DNA of 64,000 nt from Candidatus Hydrogenedentota bacterium. Lineage in GTDB: Bacteria; Hydrogenedentota; Hydrogenedentia; Hydrogenedentales; SLHB01. A program made the translations under genes and the position numbers. The notes under the pieces are model-generated. The model made no database searches and was not told the DNA's origin. It saw only the letters and a program-made list of their open reading frames with translations. The stretch is from contig CAXXYE010000009.1 in assembly GCA_963674865.2 (NCBI GenBank), positions 1,792,001 to 1,856,000 of the forward strand, read 5' to 3'. Below are positions 18,589 through 28,289 of this stretch, piece after piece. The first letter of the stretch is position 1. Each line of letters opens with the position of its first letter.

Positions 18589-19005
18589 GTGAGGGAGGCG
18601 GGATTGCAGGAGCGTGTTCGACCGGTGGGCCTCGTAGGTCATGATGAGGTATTTCAATATTACCACGCATCGGATATTCTGGTGGTTCCTTCCGTTACGG
18701 CCGCGGACGGGGATCGGGACGGCGTGCCCAACGTGATTCTCGAGGCAATGGCGGCGCGTCTGCCGGTGGTAGGCACCGCGGCGGGGGCCATTGGCGAGGC
18801 CATTCGCCACGGGATGACGGGCCTTCTTGTGCCGCCAGGGGACGCGCAGGCCCTCGCCAGAGCCGTGGCGCGTCTCTGGCGCGATGAGGTGTTGCGGGAG
18901 GCCTTGAAGGCGCGTGCCGGGGATTGGGTGGGCCACGAGTTTGATTCTGAGCGCTGGTTAACGGCATTACAGGGCTTGTTTCATGGTGCACACGATTCCC
19001 GGTAG
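18589..19005 (+). pseudogene. GT4-family glycosyltransferase C-terminal fragment
   Basis: DILVVPS...DGDRDGVPNVILEAMA..LPVVGT..G.I.E.I..G.TGLLVPPGD; N-terminal domain absent. Confidence 0.8.
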
Positions 19006-19171
19006 TGGTATGACTCACGCTGATGGCGTCATACTCTTGTCGCGAAAAGTAGGGACAGACACATCTTCTCCGCCTGAGGCGGACTGCGCTTGTGTCAGTC
19101 CCGGTTTTTCGCTTCTCTTTGGTGCTTTTTCGTCTGCGGACAAGCAACGTCAATTGTGAGTCAGAACAGTA
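19003..19171 (+). mobile_element. MITE-A (~170 bp), uninterrupted copy
   Basis: Imperfect TIRs TAGTGGTATGACTCA / TGAGTCAGAACAGTA (12/15); internal GGGACAGACAC...TCCGCCTGAGGCGGA...GTGTCAGTCCC core; homologs at 39007, 50436, 61290. Confidence 0.8.
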
Positions 19172-19195
19172 GAAGGAAACGGCGTTTCTGAAAGC

Positions 19196-20851
19196 ATGGC
19201 CGAAGTGAAGACGGCAAATGACGACACCCCGAGGGAGCCCTCCGTAGGAACACGCATCGCGCGGGCGAGTGCGAGCGTCGCTGTTGCGCACACCTTGTTC
19301 AAGCTGCTCGGCCTGGCGCAGATCGTGGTCATCGGGCGCGTCTTTAGCACAGAGACCTATGAGGTGGTGTATGCGTTCGCCTTCGAGGGGTGCATCCTGA
19401 GCCTCTTCTTGCTGGGGGAGGAGGTCATCGGGCCGTCGTTCTTGCCGGTGTTTATGGCGGAGAAGGACACGCGGGGCGAGGGGAGCGCTTGGTCGCTTGC
19501 GAATACCGTGCTTACGCTCCAGTTTCTTGTTCTTCTGGCGACAACGCTCGCGCTCATGTTTTTCGGCGATGGGGCCGTCCGCCTGCTGACGGGATGGACG
19601 GAGGCGTCGTCTCCCGAGCGATACGCGCTGGCTCGGGAAAGCGTGGTGCTGCTCGCACCGGCGTTGGTGTTCTTGTCGCTGGGCACGACGACGTACATGC
19701 TCCTCAATGGGTACAAGCGTTTCTTTCTTGCGGCCTTGGGCGATAGTTCGTGGAAGTTGAGCGTTTTGGCTTGCGTGGCCATTGGCGCGGGCCTGTTCGG
19801 GTTTTCGTATAGGGCGCTTGTAGTGGGACTCTTGCTGGGGAGCGTGGCGAAGGTACTCACGCACGTGGTGGGGCTGTTGCCGAAACTCCGGCATGTCCGG
19901 CCGTCGTTCAACCTGCGTCATCCGGCGCTCCGGCAGATGCTCTATCTGGCGTTGCCGCTGGTGGCGGGGATCGTGTTTGCGCGGGGACGGGACGTCTTCA
20001 ACAATGTTACCGTCTTGAGCTACTTAGACACGGAGGGGCTGATCAAGGCCAACGCGTTCGGCCGCAAGATCTATGCGTCTCTTGGATGGCTGGTGCCCTA
20101 CGCGGTGTCCATCGCGATCTTCCCATTTCTCTGCGAACTTGTGGACAGGAAAGATCAAGCGCGTATTGGGGAGATCCTGACGGGGGCCGGGCGCAGGATG
20201 CTGGCCGTGTTCATCCCGTTTTCGGCGGTGTGCGCGGTGCTGGCGGGGCCTCTGGCGGCGTTCCTATTCCAGGGCGGGGCGTTTACGGCGGAGGATGCGT
20301 ACCGGACAGCGGCGGCTATCTCCTGCTATATCCTGGCATTGCCCGGTTATGCGCTCGAATACCTGATGACGCAGACGTATTATGCGCATCGCCGGATGAT
20401 CGCGGTTACCGTGATGGGCATCGCGTTCTCGATGATGTCGGTGGCCATCAGCTACGTCGGGGTGGTGGTATTCGAGGTGCATGGGCTTGCCGCGGTGTGC
20501 GTCGTAGCCTTGGGTTATGCGTTGAGCCGAACGCTCAAGTCGGTGGCGCTCGTCGCCGTGCTCAAGAGGCAGATTCCTATGTTCCCGCGGGGCGAGACGT
20601 TGTCATTTCTGCTGCGCGTGGCAGGGATGACGGCGATCATGGCGGCGGTCACGGCCATAGTCGCTTACGCCGTGGACTCATTGAGCGGGGAGCTTGCGTC
20701 AACCTCCTATCACTTGACCTCTCTGATGAAGCTTGTCGCGGGCGGCATGGCCGCGACGGCGAGTTTCTGGGTTTCAGGCAGGGTGCTGCGAGTGGACGAG
20801 CCTCGACAGATGGTGGCCTGGGCCGTAAGTCAAGTGCGGAAAAGGGTATAG
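19196..20851 (+). CDS. MurJ/MviN-like lipid II-type flippase (MOP family)
   Basis: Many TM helices; KLLG, FLPVF, LNGYKRFF, IAIFP, LFQGGAFT..D, TYYA. Confidence 0.8.
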   Translation: MAEVKTANDDTPREPSVGTRIARASASVAVAHTLFKLLGLAQIVVIGRVFSTETYEVVYAFAFEGCILSLFLLGEEVIGPSFLPVFMAEKDTRGEGSAWSLANTVLTLQFLVLLATTLALMFFGDGAVRLLTGWTEASSPERYALARESVVLLAPALVFLSLGTTTYMLLNGYKRFFLAALGDSSWKLSVLACVAIGAGLFGFSYRALVVGLLLGSVAKVLTHVVGLLPKLRHVRPSFNLRHPALRQMLYLALPLVAGIVFARGRDVFNNVTVLSYLDTEGLIKANAFGRKIYASLGWLVPYAVSIAIFPFLCELVDRKDQARIGEILTGAGRRMLAVFIPFSAVCAVLAGPLAAFLFQGGAFTAEDAYRTAAAISCYILALPGYALEYLMTQTYYAHRRMIAVTVMGIAFSMMSVAISYVGVVVFEVHGLAAVCVVALGYALSRTLKSVALVAVLKRQIPMFPRGETLSFLLRVAGMTAIMAAVTAIVAYAVDSLSGELASTSYHLTSLMKLVAGGMAATASFWVSGRVLRVDEPRQMVAWAVSQVRKRV

Positions 20852-21039
20852 CTGCCGACGCGCGTACCTATTCTAGCGGAATCACATCATGTTCTCGGAT
20901 GTTTCTTTCATGCCTTGTCCGGAGGCTCCGGGGAGCATCGCGGCTTGGACGCCCGGAGCAGCAGTTCCTTAACGGTGCTATACTGAGCTTATAGAGGTCG
21001 TGGGGTATGTCGTGAGGTCCTGAGGTAGGAGGTAGGTTC

Positions 21040-23832
21040 GTGTCGTCTGGTGAAGAGGCGCCCACGGAAGGCAAGATGGGCAGCGATTTTGGCCGCGGCG
21101 GCCGTCGGCCGGCCTTGGGGGAAGCGCGCGCGAATTCGGACGTGTGGGGAAGGAAGGCGCTGCTTACAGATGGGGAGCAGTTCCGTCTGCTCGCGGAGAG
21201 TATTCAGGACGTGTTCTGGATCAGCACGCCGGGCGTCACGGAGCAAATCTACGTCAGCCCGGTGTATGAGACGGTCTGGCAGCGGCCGCTTGCGGAGGTC
21301 CTGAACGAGCCGCGTTCTTTTGTGAAAAGCATCCATCCCGAGGATTTGGCGTCTTATAGGGACGCCATGGAGACGTATCACGCACAGGGGAATGCCTATA
21401 CGTGTGAGTACCGAATTGTGCGGCCGGACGGCTCTGTCCGCTGGATTCTTGAGCGCGGTTTTCCCGTTGCCGACGCATCGGGGCGGGTCATGTTGATGGC
21501 GGGGGTATGCACGGATGTTACGGAGCGCAAGGAAGCCGAGCGCGAACGGGATCAGATACTTTCCCTTTCTCCCGATCTGGTTTGCATTGCCGGCATGGAT
21601 GGTTTCTTCAAGTACGTGAATCCAGCGTGGGAGAAGTTCCTGGGTTACTCGACGGAGGAGTTGCTTTCGAGGCCGTTCTTGGACTTCATCCATCCCGATG
21701 ATCATGTGCGTAATGACGCCGAAGTCGTTAGCCTCTCCGAAGGGCACAAGACGGTTGATTTCGAGAACCGGTACGTCTGTAAAGACGGCTCGATCCGCCA
21801 TGTCCTCTGGACGGCCGCGCCTGTCCCGGAGAAGGAGGTGATGTATTGTATAGGGCGGGACATCACGGCGCGGAAAGAGGCTGAGGCGAGGCTATGGGAA
21901 AGTGAGGAGCGCTTTCGGCATTTGTTCTCCACGATGCCGAGCGGGGTGGCCATCTTCGAGGCGATAGACGGCGGAGAAGACTTTGTTTTTCGCGACGTGA
22001 ATGCGGCGCTGGTGAGAATTGAGCGCGTCGACAGGGGCGATGTGATCGGCCGGCGCGTTACGGAGGTGTTTCCGGGGGTGAAAGAGTTGGGGGTTTTCGA
22101 TGTTTTTCAGCGCGTGTGGCGGACGGGGCGCGCGGAGTACTTTCCGGCGGCGATCTATCACGATGAGCGGGATCCCGGCACTTGGCGGGAGAGCTGGGTC
22201 TACAAGCTGCCCAGCGGCCTCGTGGTGTCGGTATACAACGATGTCACGGAGCGTGTGCGTGCGGAGGAGGCGCTTCAAGAGCGCGAGAGTTATCTTCGTA
22301 GCCTGTTGGACACGCTCGATGACGCGGTTCTCACGGTCGAGATGCCGACAAGGAAGATCTTGTATGTGAATAGGGCTTGTACGGAAGTCTTCGGCTACTC
22401 GTTTGAGGAATTGCTCGGGCATACGACAGATGTGCTCTATCCTTCCGAGGCGGCCTTTGAGATGTATGGGCGCTCTCTCCAGGATGCTCTCAAGCGCGGC
22501 CAGGAACGGGTGCAGGGCGAGTTGGAGCTGTGCCGGAAGGATGGGGCGATATTGACGGCAGAGGTGCGTACGACCTTTCTGCCCAACCGCGGAGCGCCGA
22601 ACGCGGTGATAAGCGTGGTGCGTGACATTACGGGGCACAAACGGGAGGAGCGTGAGCGGGCGCGGCTCGAGGAGCAGTATAGGCAGGCCCAGAAGATGGA
22701 GGCCGTTGGGCAATTGACGGGGGGCGTGGCCCACGATTTCAATAACCTGCTCCAAGTGATTCAGGCAGGGACGCACGTGGCGCTGGAGGACTTGGCGGCG
22801 GAACACCCCGCTCGGGAGTCGCTCGCGGCGGTTGCTAAGGCGAGCGAGCGGGCGGCGCAGCTCGTATCGCAGCTCATGTTGTTCAGCCAGCGCAAAATCA
22901 TGCAGCCTGAGTCCCTGGACCTGAATGAGATAGTTGGGGCGCTGCTCAAGATGCTGGGCCGGGTGATCGGTGAGCACATCAGTGTGACGTGGCTTCCGGG
23001 AGAAGGCGTTGGGGCAATCCACGGTGATCGGACGATGATCGAGCAGGTGGTGATGAATTTGTGCGTGAATGCGCGCGATGCCATGGCGGAAGGAGGCAAG
23101 CTGACGATAGAGACGCGGGAGGTGGTGGTTGATGACAACTACTGTGCGACGCATCAGTGGGCGAGGCCGGGCCGCTACGTGCTGCTGAGCGTGAGTGATA
23201 GCGGATGCGGCATGGACGAGGCGACGCTGGCGCATGTGTTTGAGCCCTTCTTCACCACGAAAGAGGTCGGCAAAGGTACGGGGCTTGGGCTTGCTACGGT
23301 ATACGGTATCGTCAAACAACACGATGGGATGATCGACGCCCTTAGCGAACTGGGCGTGGGCTCCTCATTTCACGTGTACCTACCGGTGAGCGAGGCGTCG
23401 CCCGAGGCGTTGTCACACGATGCGGCGGAGCAGGCGGCAGCGGGTGGAACGGAGACGATCCTCTTGGCGGAGGATGACGGCATGGTTCGCGAGTTGGGCG
23501 CTCGAGTTCTTCGACGGGCGGGCTACACGGTCTTGTGCGCGGCAAACGGCTCCGAGGCGGTGGCGCTGTTCCGGGAACATATGGACACGGTCGCGATGGC
23601 GATTCTCGATGTGATCATGCCGGAGATGACGGGACGTGAGGCCTACGAGTGTATGCGGGAACTGCGGCCAGATCTTAAGGTTCTCTTTGCGAGCGGCTAT
23701 AGTGAAGACTCCATTGACACGAACTTCGTACTCCAAGCAGGCCTGACGCTTCTCCAGAAGCCTTTTGCGCCGAAGGCGCTGCTGGGGGCCGTGCGCGCCA
23801 TGTTGGGGCAATCGGAAGCGCAGGGGATGTGA
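21040..23832 (+). CDS. Hybrid sensor histidine kinase with multiple PAS domains and a C-terminal receiver domain
   Basis: Four PAS/PAC-like segments; QAQKMEAVGQLTGGVAHDFNNLL, NARDAM, FEPFFTTK..GKGTGLGL, LDVIMP, KPF. Confidence 0.95.
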   Translation: MSSGEEAPTEGKMGSDFGRGGRRPALGEARANSDVWGRKALLTDGEQFRLLAESIQDVFWISTPGVTEQIYVSPVYETVWQRPLAEVLNEPRSFVKSIHPEDLASYRDAMETYHAQGNAYTCEYRIVRPDGSVRWILERGFPVADASGRVMLMAGVCTDVTERKEAERERDQILSLSPDLVCIAGMDGFFKYVNPAWEKFLGYSTEELLSRPFLDFIHPDDHVRNDAEVVSLSEGHKTVDFENRYVCKDGSIRHVLWTAAPVPEKEVMYCIGRDITARKEAEARLWESEERFRHLFSTMPSGVAIFEAIDGGEDFVFRDVNAALVRIERVDRGDVIGRRVTEVFPGVKELGVFDVFQRVWRTGRAEYFPAAIYHDERDPGTWRESWVYKLPSGLVVSVYNDVTERVRAEEALQERESYLRSLLDTLDDAVLTVEMPTRKILYVNRACTEVFGYSFEELLGHTTDVLYPSEAAFEMYGRSLQDALKRGQERVQGELELCRKDGAILTAEVRTTFLPNRGAPNAVISVVRDITGHKREERERARLEEQYRQAQKMEAVGQLTGGVAHDFNNLLQVIQAGTHVALEDLAAEHPARESLAAVAKASERAAQLVSQLMLFSQRKIMQPESLDLNEIVGALLKMLGRVIGEHISVTWLPGEGVGAIHGDRTMIEQVVMNLCVNARDAMAEGGKLTIETREVVVDDNYCATHQWARPGRYVLLSVSDSGCGMDEATLAHVFEPFFTTKEVGKGTGLGLATVYGIVKQHDGMIDALSELGVGSSFHVYLPVSEASPEALSHDAAEQAAAGGTETILLAEDDGMVRELGARVLRRAGYTVLCAANGSEAVALFREHMDTVAMAILDVIMPEMTGREAYECMRELRPDLKVLFASGYSEDSIDTNFVLQAGLTLLQKPFAPKALLGAVRAMLGQSEAQGM

Positions 23833-23946
23833 TGGGCTGGTGTGTGGCCGCGGATGAAGGCAGCAAGGCGCCGTCTTGAGCGAGTGCAGGAGGCGTGTTC
23901 AGGGCCGGTGCTGCATGAGGCGCGTGGGTTCTGTCCGATTCACAGC

Positions 23947-23971
23947 CTCAAGCTGAAGCTTGAACTCCAAA
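23947..23971. repeat. GGAG-type REP (GGAGTTCAAGCTTCAGCTTG on minus strand)
   Basis: Matches 17927-17948 and is related to 16841-16860. Confidence 0.65.
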
Positions 23972-24106
23972 CACGCGTTTGACAGCGGGATCGGCGTGTT
24001 GCCCTTACGGGCATGGGGCCGCAGGCCCGAATCCCGCAGCGGGTCGGGGAAGCTTTGTTGGGGCTGTGGGTTGGCGTTGGGAGGGGCACAAGGAGAGCTG
24101 GGATGA

Positions 24107-24613
24107 GCGCTGGCGCATCTCAAGTACCTGCAGGAGAACATCCCCGGATTCGAGAACGCCTTCGTGGTGTCGCAGCATCACTTGGGCGTGCGCGAGACGC
24201 GGCGGATCGTGGGCGATTACACTCTCACTATGTGCGATCTCGAGCGCCAGGCGCGGTTCGACGATGTGGTGGCTCTGAATTGCCGGGGGCTGGATTACCA
24301 TCTGAAGGGCACGGTGTTCCGATTCACGCCCGTGAAAGGGCATCACGATATTCCGCTGCGGGCCTTGCTGCCGCAGTGCGTGGAGAATCTGGTGGTGGCG
24401 GGCAGGGCGATCTCGTGCGTTCACTTGTCGCACGCCTCGCTTCGCTTCGCGGCGACGTGCATGGCCACGGGCCACGCGGCCGGCGTGGCGGCCGCACTGG
24501 CCGCAAGGGATGCGAAGGAGATGCGTGAAGTGAATGTCAGCCGCCTACAGAAGGCTCTGTTGGAACAGGACGCCGTGCTGGGCATCGGTGAACGGGCGAA
24601 GACGTTCGGGTGA
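24107..24613 (+). pseudogene. FAD-dependent oxidoreductase, C-terminal fragment
   Basis: YLQENIPGFENA, GVRETRRIVGDY, IPLRALLP..VENLVVAGRAIS, CMATGHAAGVAAAL; in-frame TGA at 24104 and no N-terminal Rossmann motif. Confidence 0.75.
24576..24611 (+). repeat. Left 36-bp direct repeat flanking the methyltransferase cassette
   Basis: TGCTGGGCATCGGTGAACGGGCGAAGACGTTCGGGT; 35/36 identical to 27434-27469. Confidence 0.92.
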
Positions 24614-24743
24614 GGGTGCTGTCAGGCAGGCTATACTGGACTACAGGGAGGAAGGAAGCCACACTTCGTGGGCTATTGCGAGCTGTCAGTGAACGGGATA
24701 CGGGTTTTCTGAAATTGCGCTTCCTGTGTGTTAGTATTTCTTC

Positions 24744-25958
24744 ATGGGCATTTCTCAGCAGGAAACAAGAATCCCTCTCCGCGGGAAGAGGTCCGTAGAG
24801 AGGTCGTTTGCGGAGTTTTTCGCAGGAATCGGCCTCATGCGACTGGGGCTTGAGGCCGCTGGCTGGCAGATAGCGTTTGCAAATGACATCGCCGAGGACA
24901 AGTATGCGATGTACGCCGCACACTTCCCGCGCGCAAGAGCCCATTTTCGCTTGGAGGACATTCACCTCTTACGAGCTGATGACGTACCAGACGTGACGTT
25001 GGCGACAGCCTCCTTTCCATGCAACGATCTCTCGCTTGCCGGAGCGCGAAGAGGACTTGGCGGAAAGCACTCGTCTGCGTATTGGGGCTTCGTAAGGATC
25101 TTGGAGGAGATGGGAGACAGGCGGCCGGCCATGGTGCTGCTGGAGAACGTTGCTGGATTCCTAACGTCTCACGGGGGGAGAGACTTCCAAGCGGCATTAC
25201 TCGCCCTCAACCGTCTCGGATACTCTGTCGATGCTTTGGTCCTCGATGCTGCGCGATTCGTGCCGCAGAGCAGGGTGCGCCTATTCGTGATCGGTTCCCT
25301 TCAAAACGGCCATGGCGCCTGGGAATGTCGGGAGACGAGGGACTTCTACCAAGATGCCCTTAGGCCGCGGGCCTTGGCGGAGTTCATCTTCGGCCATCCA
25401 GAGATTGCGTGGCAGTTAAGGCAATTGCCAGAACCACCAAAGCGAACCAAGGGGCTCGAAGACGTGTTGGAGGAGTTGCCCGAGGAGTCGCCATTTTGGT
25501 GGAGTGAGGAGAGAACGGACTATCTTCTAGGCCAGATGAGCCCGAGGCACGCTGCAGAGCTTCGAAGAATGATGAAGAAGCGGGAAACGACATATGGGAC
25601 TGTCTTCCGACGGGTGCGAAATGGGCGTTCGATGGCCGAACTGAGGAACGACGGTGTTGCCGGATGTTTGCGGACACCACGCGGGGGCAGCGGTCGTCAG
25701 ATCCTGTTGCAGACGGGCCATAGCAGGGTGCGGGCAAGGCTTCTGACACCACGGGAGTGTGCGCGCCTGATGGGGGCTGACGACTATGAGATACAGACTT
25801 CGCTCAATAAGGCTCTGTTTGGCTTTGGCGATGCCGTCTGTGTTCCGGCTATTACTTGGATCGCCGAAAACTACTTGAATCCGTTGCTGGAAGAGGTTTC
25901 TGGCAAGGGGCGGAACGCGAACTCTCCCGACTTGGTGAAACTGGAGGTGCGTACGTGA
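24744..25958 (+). CDS. DNA (cytosine-5)-methyltransferase
   Basis: Motifs I EFFAGIG, IV FPCNDLS, VI ENV, VIII QSRVR, IX RLLTPRECARLMG, X GDAV. Confidence 0.95.
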   Translation: MGISQQETRIPLRGKRSVERSFAEFFAGIGLMRLGLEAAGWQIAFANDIAEDKYAMYAAHFPRARAHFRLEDIHLLRADDVPDVTLATASFPCNDLSLAGARRGLGGKHSSAYWGFVRILEEMGDRRPAMVLLENVAGFLTSHGGRDFQAALLALNRLGYSVDALVLDAARFVPQSRVRLFVIGSLQNGHGAWECRETRDFYQDALRPRALAEFIFGHPEIAWQLRQLPEPPKRTKGLEDVLEELPEESPFWWSEERTDYLLGQMSPRHAAELRRMMKKRETTYGTVFRRVRNGRSMAELRNDGVAGCLRTPRGGSGRQILLQTGHSRVRARLLTPRECARLMGADDYEIQTSLNKALFGFGDAVCVPAITWIAENYLNPLLEEVSGKGRNANSPDLVKLEVRT

Positions 25959-26881
25959 GCATTGAGTCACGCCTTGAAGCGTTTGCCGAGGAATTCCGAA
26001 TGACGGGGAAAGGACCGCTTTCCGTAGCGCTTGTGCTTACGCGGTCCGCCAGTAAGGTCAGTCCTCCCTACAATGAGTCAATGTTCCTGACGAAGGGAGG
26101 AGGTCAGGTCAAAGGATGTGGACGCGGCGCGGCCCAGGCGGTCTTGGCTGATCACGGGATCTCACGTGTGCTGGCCGAGGAAGGAGGGAGAACAAGCAGG
26201 GGCAGCATAGAACGCATGCGGGGCTACATCGCGCTTCTAAATGAAATGCACAGCCGGAGAGAACTGGACTTTAGGGCCATCGAGTTGTGGTGGATCGAGC
26301 GGGTCAAAGAGTTCTTCGCGTCGGCGCCGTTGAAGGTTAGAGTAGATGCTTCGAAATCCCTGCGGCACATAATCGCGGAACTTATCAAAGCGGCCTTCGC
26401 CCGGCAAGAGGAGTGCCCAGGCGTGATGGTCGCCGGTGCGGTTCTGCAGCATCTTGTTGGGGCAAAGCTGACGGTTGCCCTTCCGGATGTCCGACTCCGG
26501 CACGAGGGATTCGCTGTGGCCGATTCGCCTGGGCGGAGGAAGGGCGACTTCCTTGTCCACGACACAGTAGTCCATGTTACAACTGTGCCGACCGAGGGCC
26601 TAGTGCAGAAGTGCTGCAAGAACTTGGAAGAGAACCTGAGGCCCATTATCGTCACCATTGAAGACGCTACTGGAAGCGCGAAGGTCTTGGCCAGAAATGC
26701 CGGAGTAGAAGAACGCATTGATGTGCTTGAAATAGAGCAATTCATAGCAACGAACGTTTATGAATGGAGTCTCTTTCAGCACCGTAATCGACCAACGTCG
26801 ATCGCAGAGTTGATAAAGGCCTACAACGCGATAGTCGATCAATGCGAGACGGATCCGAGTTTGCGAATAGACATCGGATGA
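25955..26881 (+). CDS. DUF4928-like protein, putative restriction endonuclease
   Basis: GTG start overlaps the MTase stop (GTGA); GKGPLSVAL, GGQVKG, EEGGRTSRG, AD....R.GDF...DTVVHVT recognised from memory as DUF4928-like. Confidence 0.7.
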   Translation: MSIESRLEAFAEEFRMTGKGPLSVALVLTRSASKVSPPYNESMFLTKGGGQVKGCGRGAAQAVLADHGISRVLAEEGGRTSRGSIERMRGYIALLNEMHSRRELDFRAIELWWIERVKEFFASAPLKVRVDASKSLRHIIAELIKAAFARQEECPGVMVAGAVLQHLVGAKLTVALPDVRLRHEGFAVADSPGRRKGDFLVHDTVVHVTTVPTEGLVQKCCKNLEENLRPIIVTIEDATGSAKVLARNAGVEERIDVLEIEQFIATNVYEWSLFQHRNRPTSIAELIKAYNAIVDQCETDPSLRIDIG

Positions 26882-26885
26882 ACAG

Positions 26886-27347
26886 GTGGATACCTTCACC
26901 TCGGAAGAGCGCAGTCAGATCATGCGCCGTGTTCACTCAGCGAATACCACACCAGAGACTAAGGTGCGTTCAATCCTGCACCGTCTTGGATACAGATTCC
27001 GGCTTCAGCGAAAGGACCTGCCAGGAACGCCCGATATAGTCCTGCCGAAGCACAGTGTGGCGATCTTCGTGCACGGCTGCTTCTGGCATCGTCATCGGAA
27101 CTGCAAGCGTGCGACAACGCCAGTTTCCAATCGCGAGTACTGGTTGCCGAAATTTGCCCGCACAGTGTCTCGTGACAAGAGGAACCAAAAGGAACTCCGG
27201 CAGTTGGGTTGGACGGTAGTCGTTGTTTGGGAATGTGAACTAAGAGATATCGAGGGCCTGAAGAGACGCCTGCGAGCCGAAATACACAACACTCTGGGTA
27301 AGGAGGGAAGTCCAAGAGGAGGTGCCATGAGAGGAGACGGTACGTAG
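26886..27347 (+). CDS. vsr: Very short patch repair endonuclease
   Basis: MD.F..E.RS.IM, T.PE..VR, LPGTPDIV, FVHGCFWH.H, LGW.V.VVWEC. Confidence 0.95.
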   Translation: MDTFTSEERSQIMRRVHSANTTPETKVRSILHRLGYRFRLQRKDLPGTPDIVLPKHSVAIFVHGCFWHRHRNCKRATTPVSNREYWLPKFARTVSRDKRNQKELRQLGWTVVVVWECELRDIEGLKRRLRAEIHNTLGKEGSPRGGAMRGDGT

Positions 27348-27433
27348 CGAGAAGAGTGAGGATTCGGGAGGGGAGTACTGCCCATGCGGGGCATGGCCGA
27401 CAATATGATGTGTGTCCAGGGCGACGTTGGCCA

Positions 27434-27469
27434 TGCTGGGGATCGGTGAACGGGCGAAGACGTTCGGGT
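27434..27469 (+). repeat. Right 36-bp direct repeat flanking the methyltransferase cassette
   Basis: TGCTGGGGATCGGTGAACGGGCGAAGACGTTCGGGT. Confidence 0.92.
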
Positions 27470-27482
27470 AGGGGCCGGGATT

Positions 27483-28265
27483 ATGTCCTCGAAACGGGTG
27501 AAGATGAAAGAGACTGATGGCCGAGGGCGTCTTCGCCGACGGCTGCCAAAATGGGCTGTCTGGGTGGGGCTCGCCCTGGTTGGGTATGCCTTGTTGTCTT
27601 GCGTCGGTCTCTTCGTGGCTCACAAAACCGTGGGGCGTACAGCGCGTGCCGCGAGCTGCATGAACGACCTCCCCGCGCTGTTTCACGCCGTGGAGCTCTA
27701 TGCCTCCGACCACGACGGGTTGCTGCCACCTATCAGCCCGGCGCGAGGCAACCTGATGATTGACCCCGTCGGTTTCTATCCCGAATACCTGACGAACTCG
27801 TGCTGGGTGCAGTGCGAGTACAGTCCAGCTCGCCAGAGGCGCGGCAGCGACGGCGATGATGACCTCGGCATGGCCGCGTTCAATGACGACAGCTTCTGCT
27901 ATCTGCCGTGGGAAATCCGCAATGAGGAAGAGGGCCTTGCCTTCATCGAGGCCTACAAGAAGCTGGACTTGGCCAAACGTGGAGAGGACTTGGTTGTCGA
28001 GATTGACGGCGAGACGCGCGTCTTGCCGAGGGTCCGACTGTCGGCGGTGGTGATAGGAGGGGGCTGGGACACGGATGCAGCCGATATCCCTTTCGTCGTG
28101 GAATGGCCCGACCACGCGCACATCGACGGTACCGTCTGCTTCACGAACGGCTCGATAGGCAGGATGGACATTGGCGACGGATTTCCCATGACGGAGGCGT
28201 TTCTGACGGGCTTGCGCGAGATTGCCTCTATGGACAAGCCGGTTCCTGTGTGGAAAGTCTGGTAG
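27483..28265 (+). CDS. DUF1559 / H-X9-DG-like membrane-anchored protein (paralog of 9207..9935)
   Basis: TM segment, RAASCMNDL, YASDHDG.LP, YPEYL, LAFIEAY, degenerate H..G.V.F.NG, FPMT. Confidence 0.7.
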   Translation: MSSKRVKMKETDGRGRLRRRLPKWAVWVGLALVGYALLSCVGLFVAHKTVGRTARAASCMNDLPALFHAVELYASDHDGLLPPISPARGNLMIDPVGFYPEYLTNSCWVQCEYSPARQRRGSDGDDDLGMAAFNDDSFCYLPWEIRNEEEGLAFIEAYKKLDLAKRGEDLVVEIDGETRVLPRVRLSAVVIGGGWDTDAADIPFVVEWPDHAHIDGTVCFTNGSIGRMDIGDGFPMTEAFLTGLREIASMDKPVPVWKVW

Positions 28266-28289
28266 GCGGGACGGGGGCCACGCAACGCG

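Noticed and set aside
18007..19005. Two full-length overlapping antisense genes (309 aa and 300 aa)
   Set aside because: Each has family motifs only on its own side of about 18588; the rest is antisense read-through.
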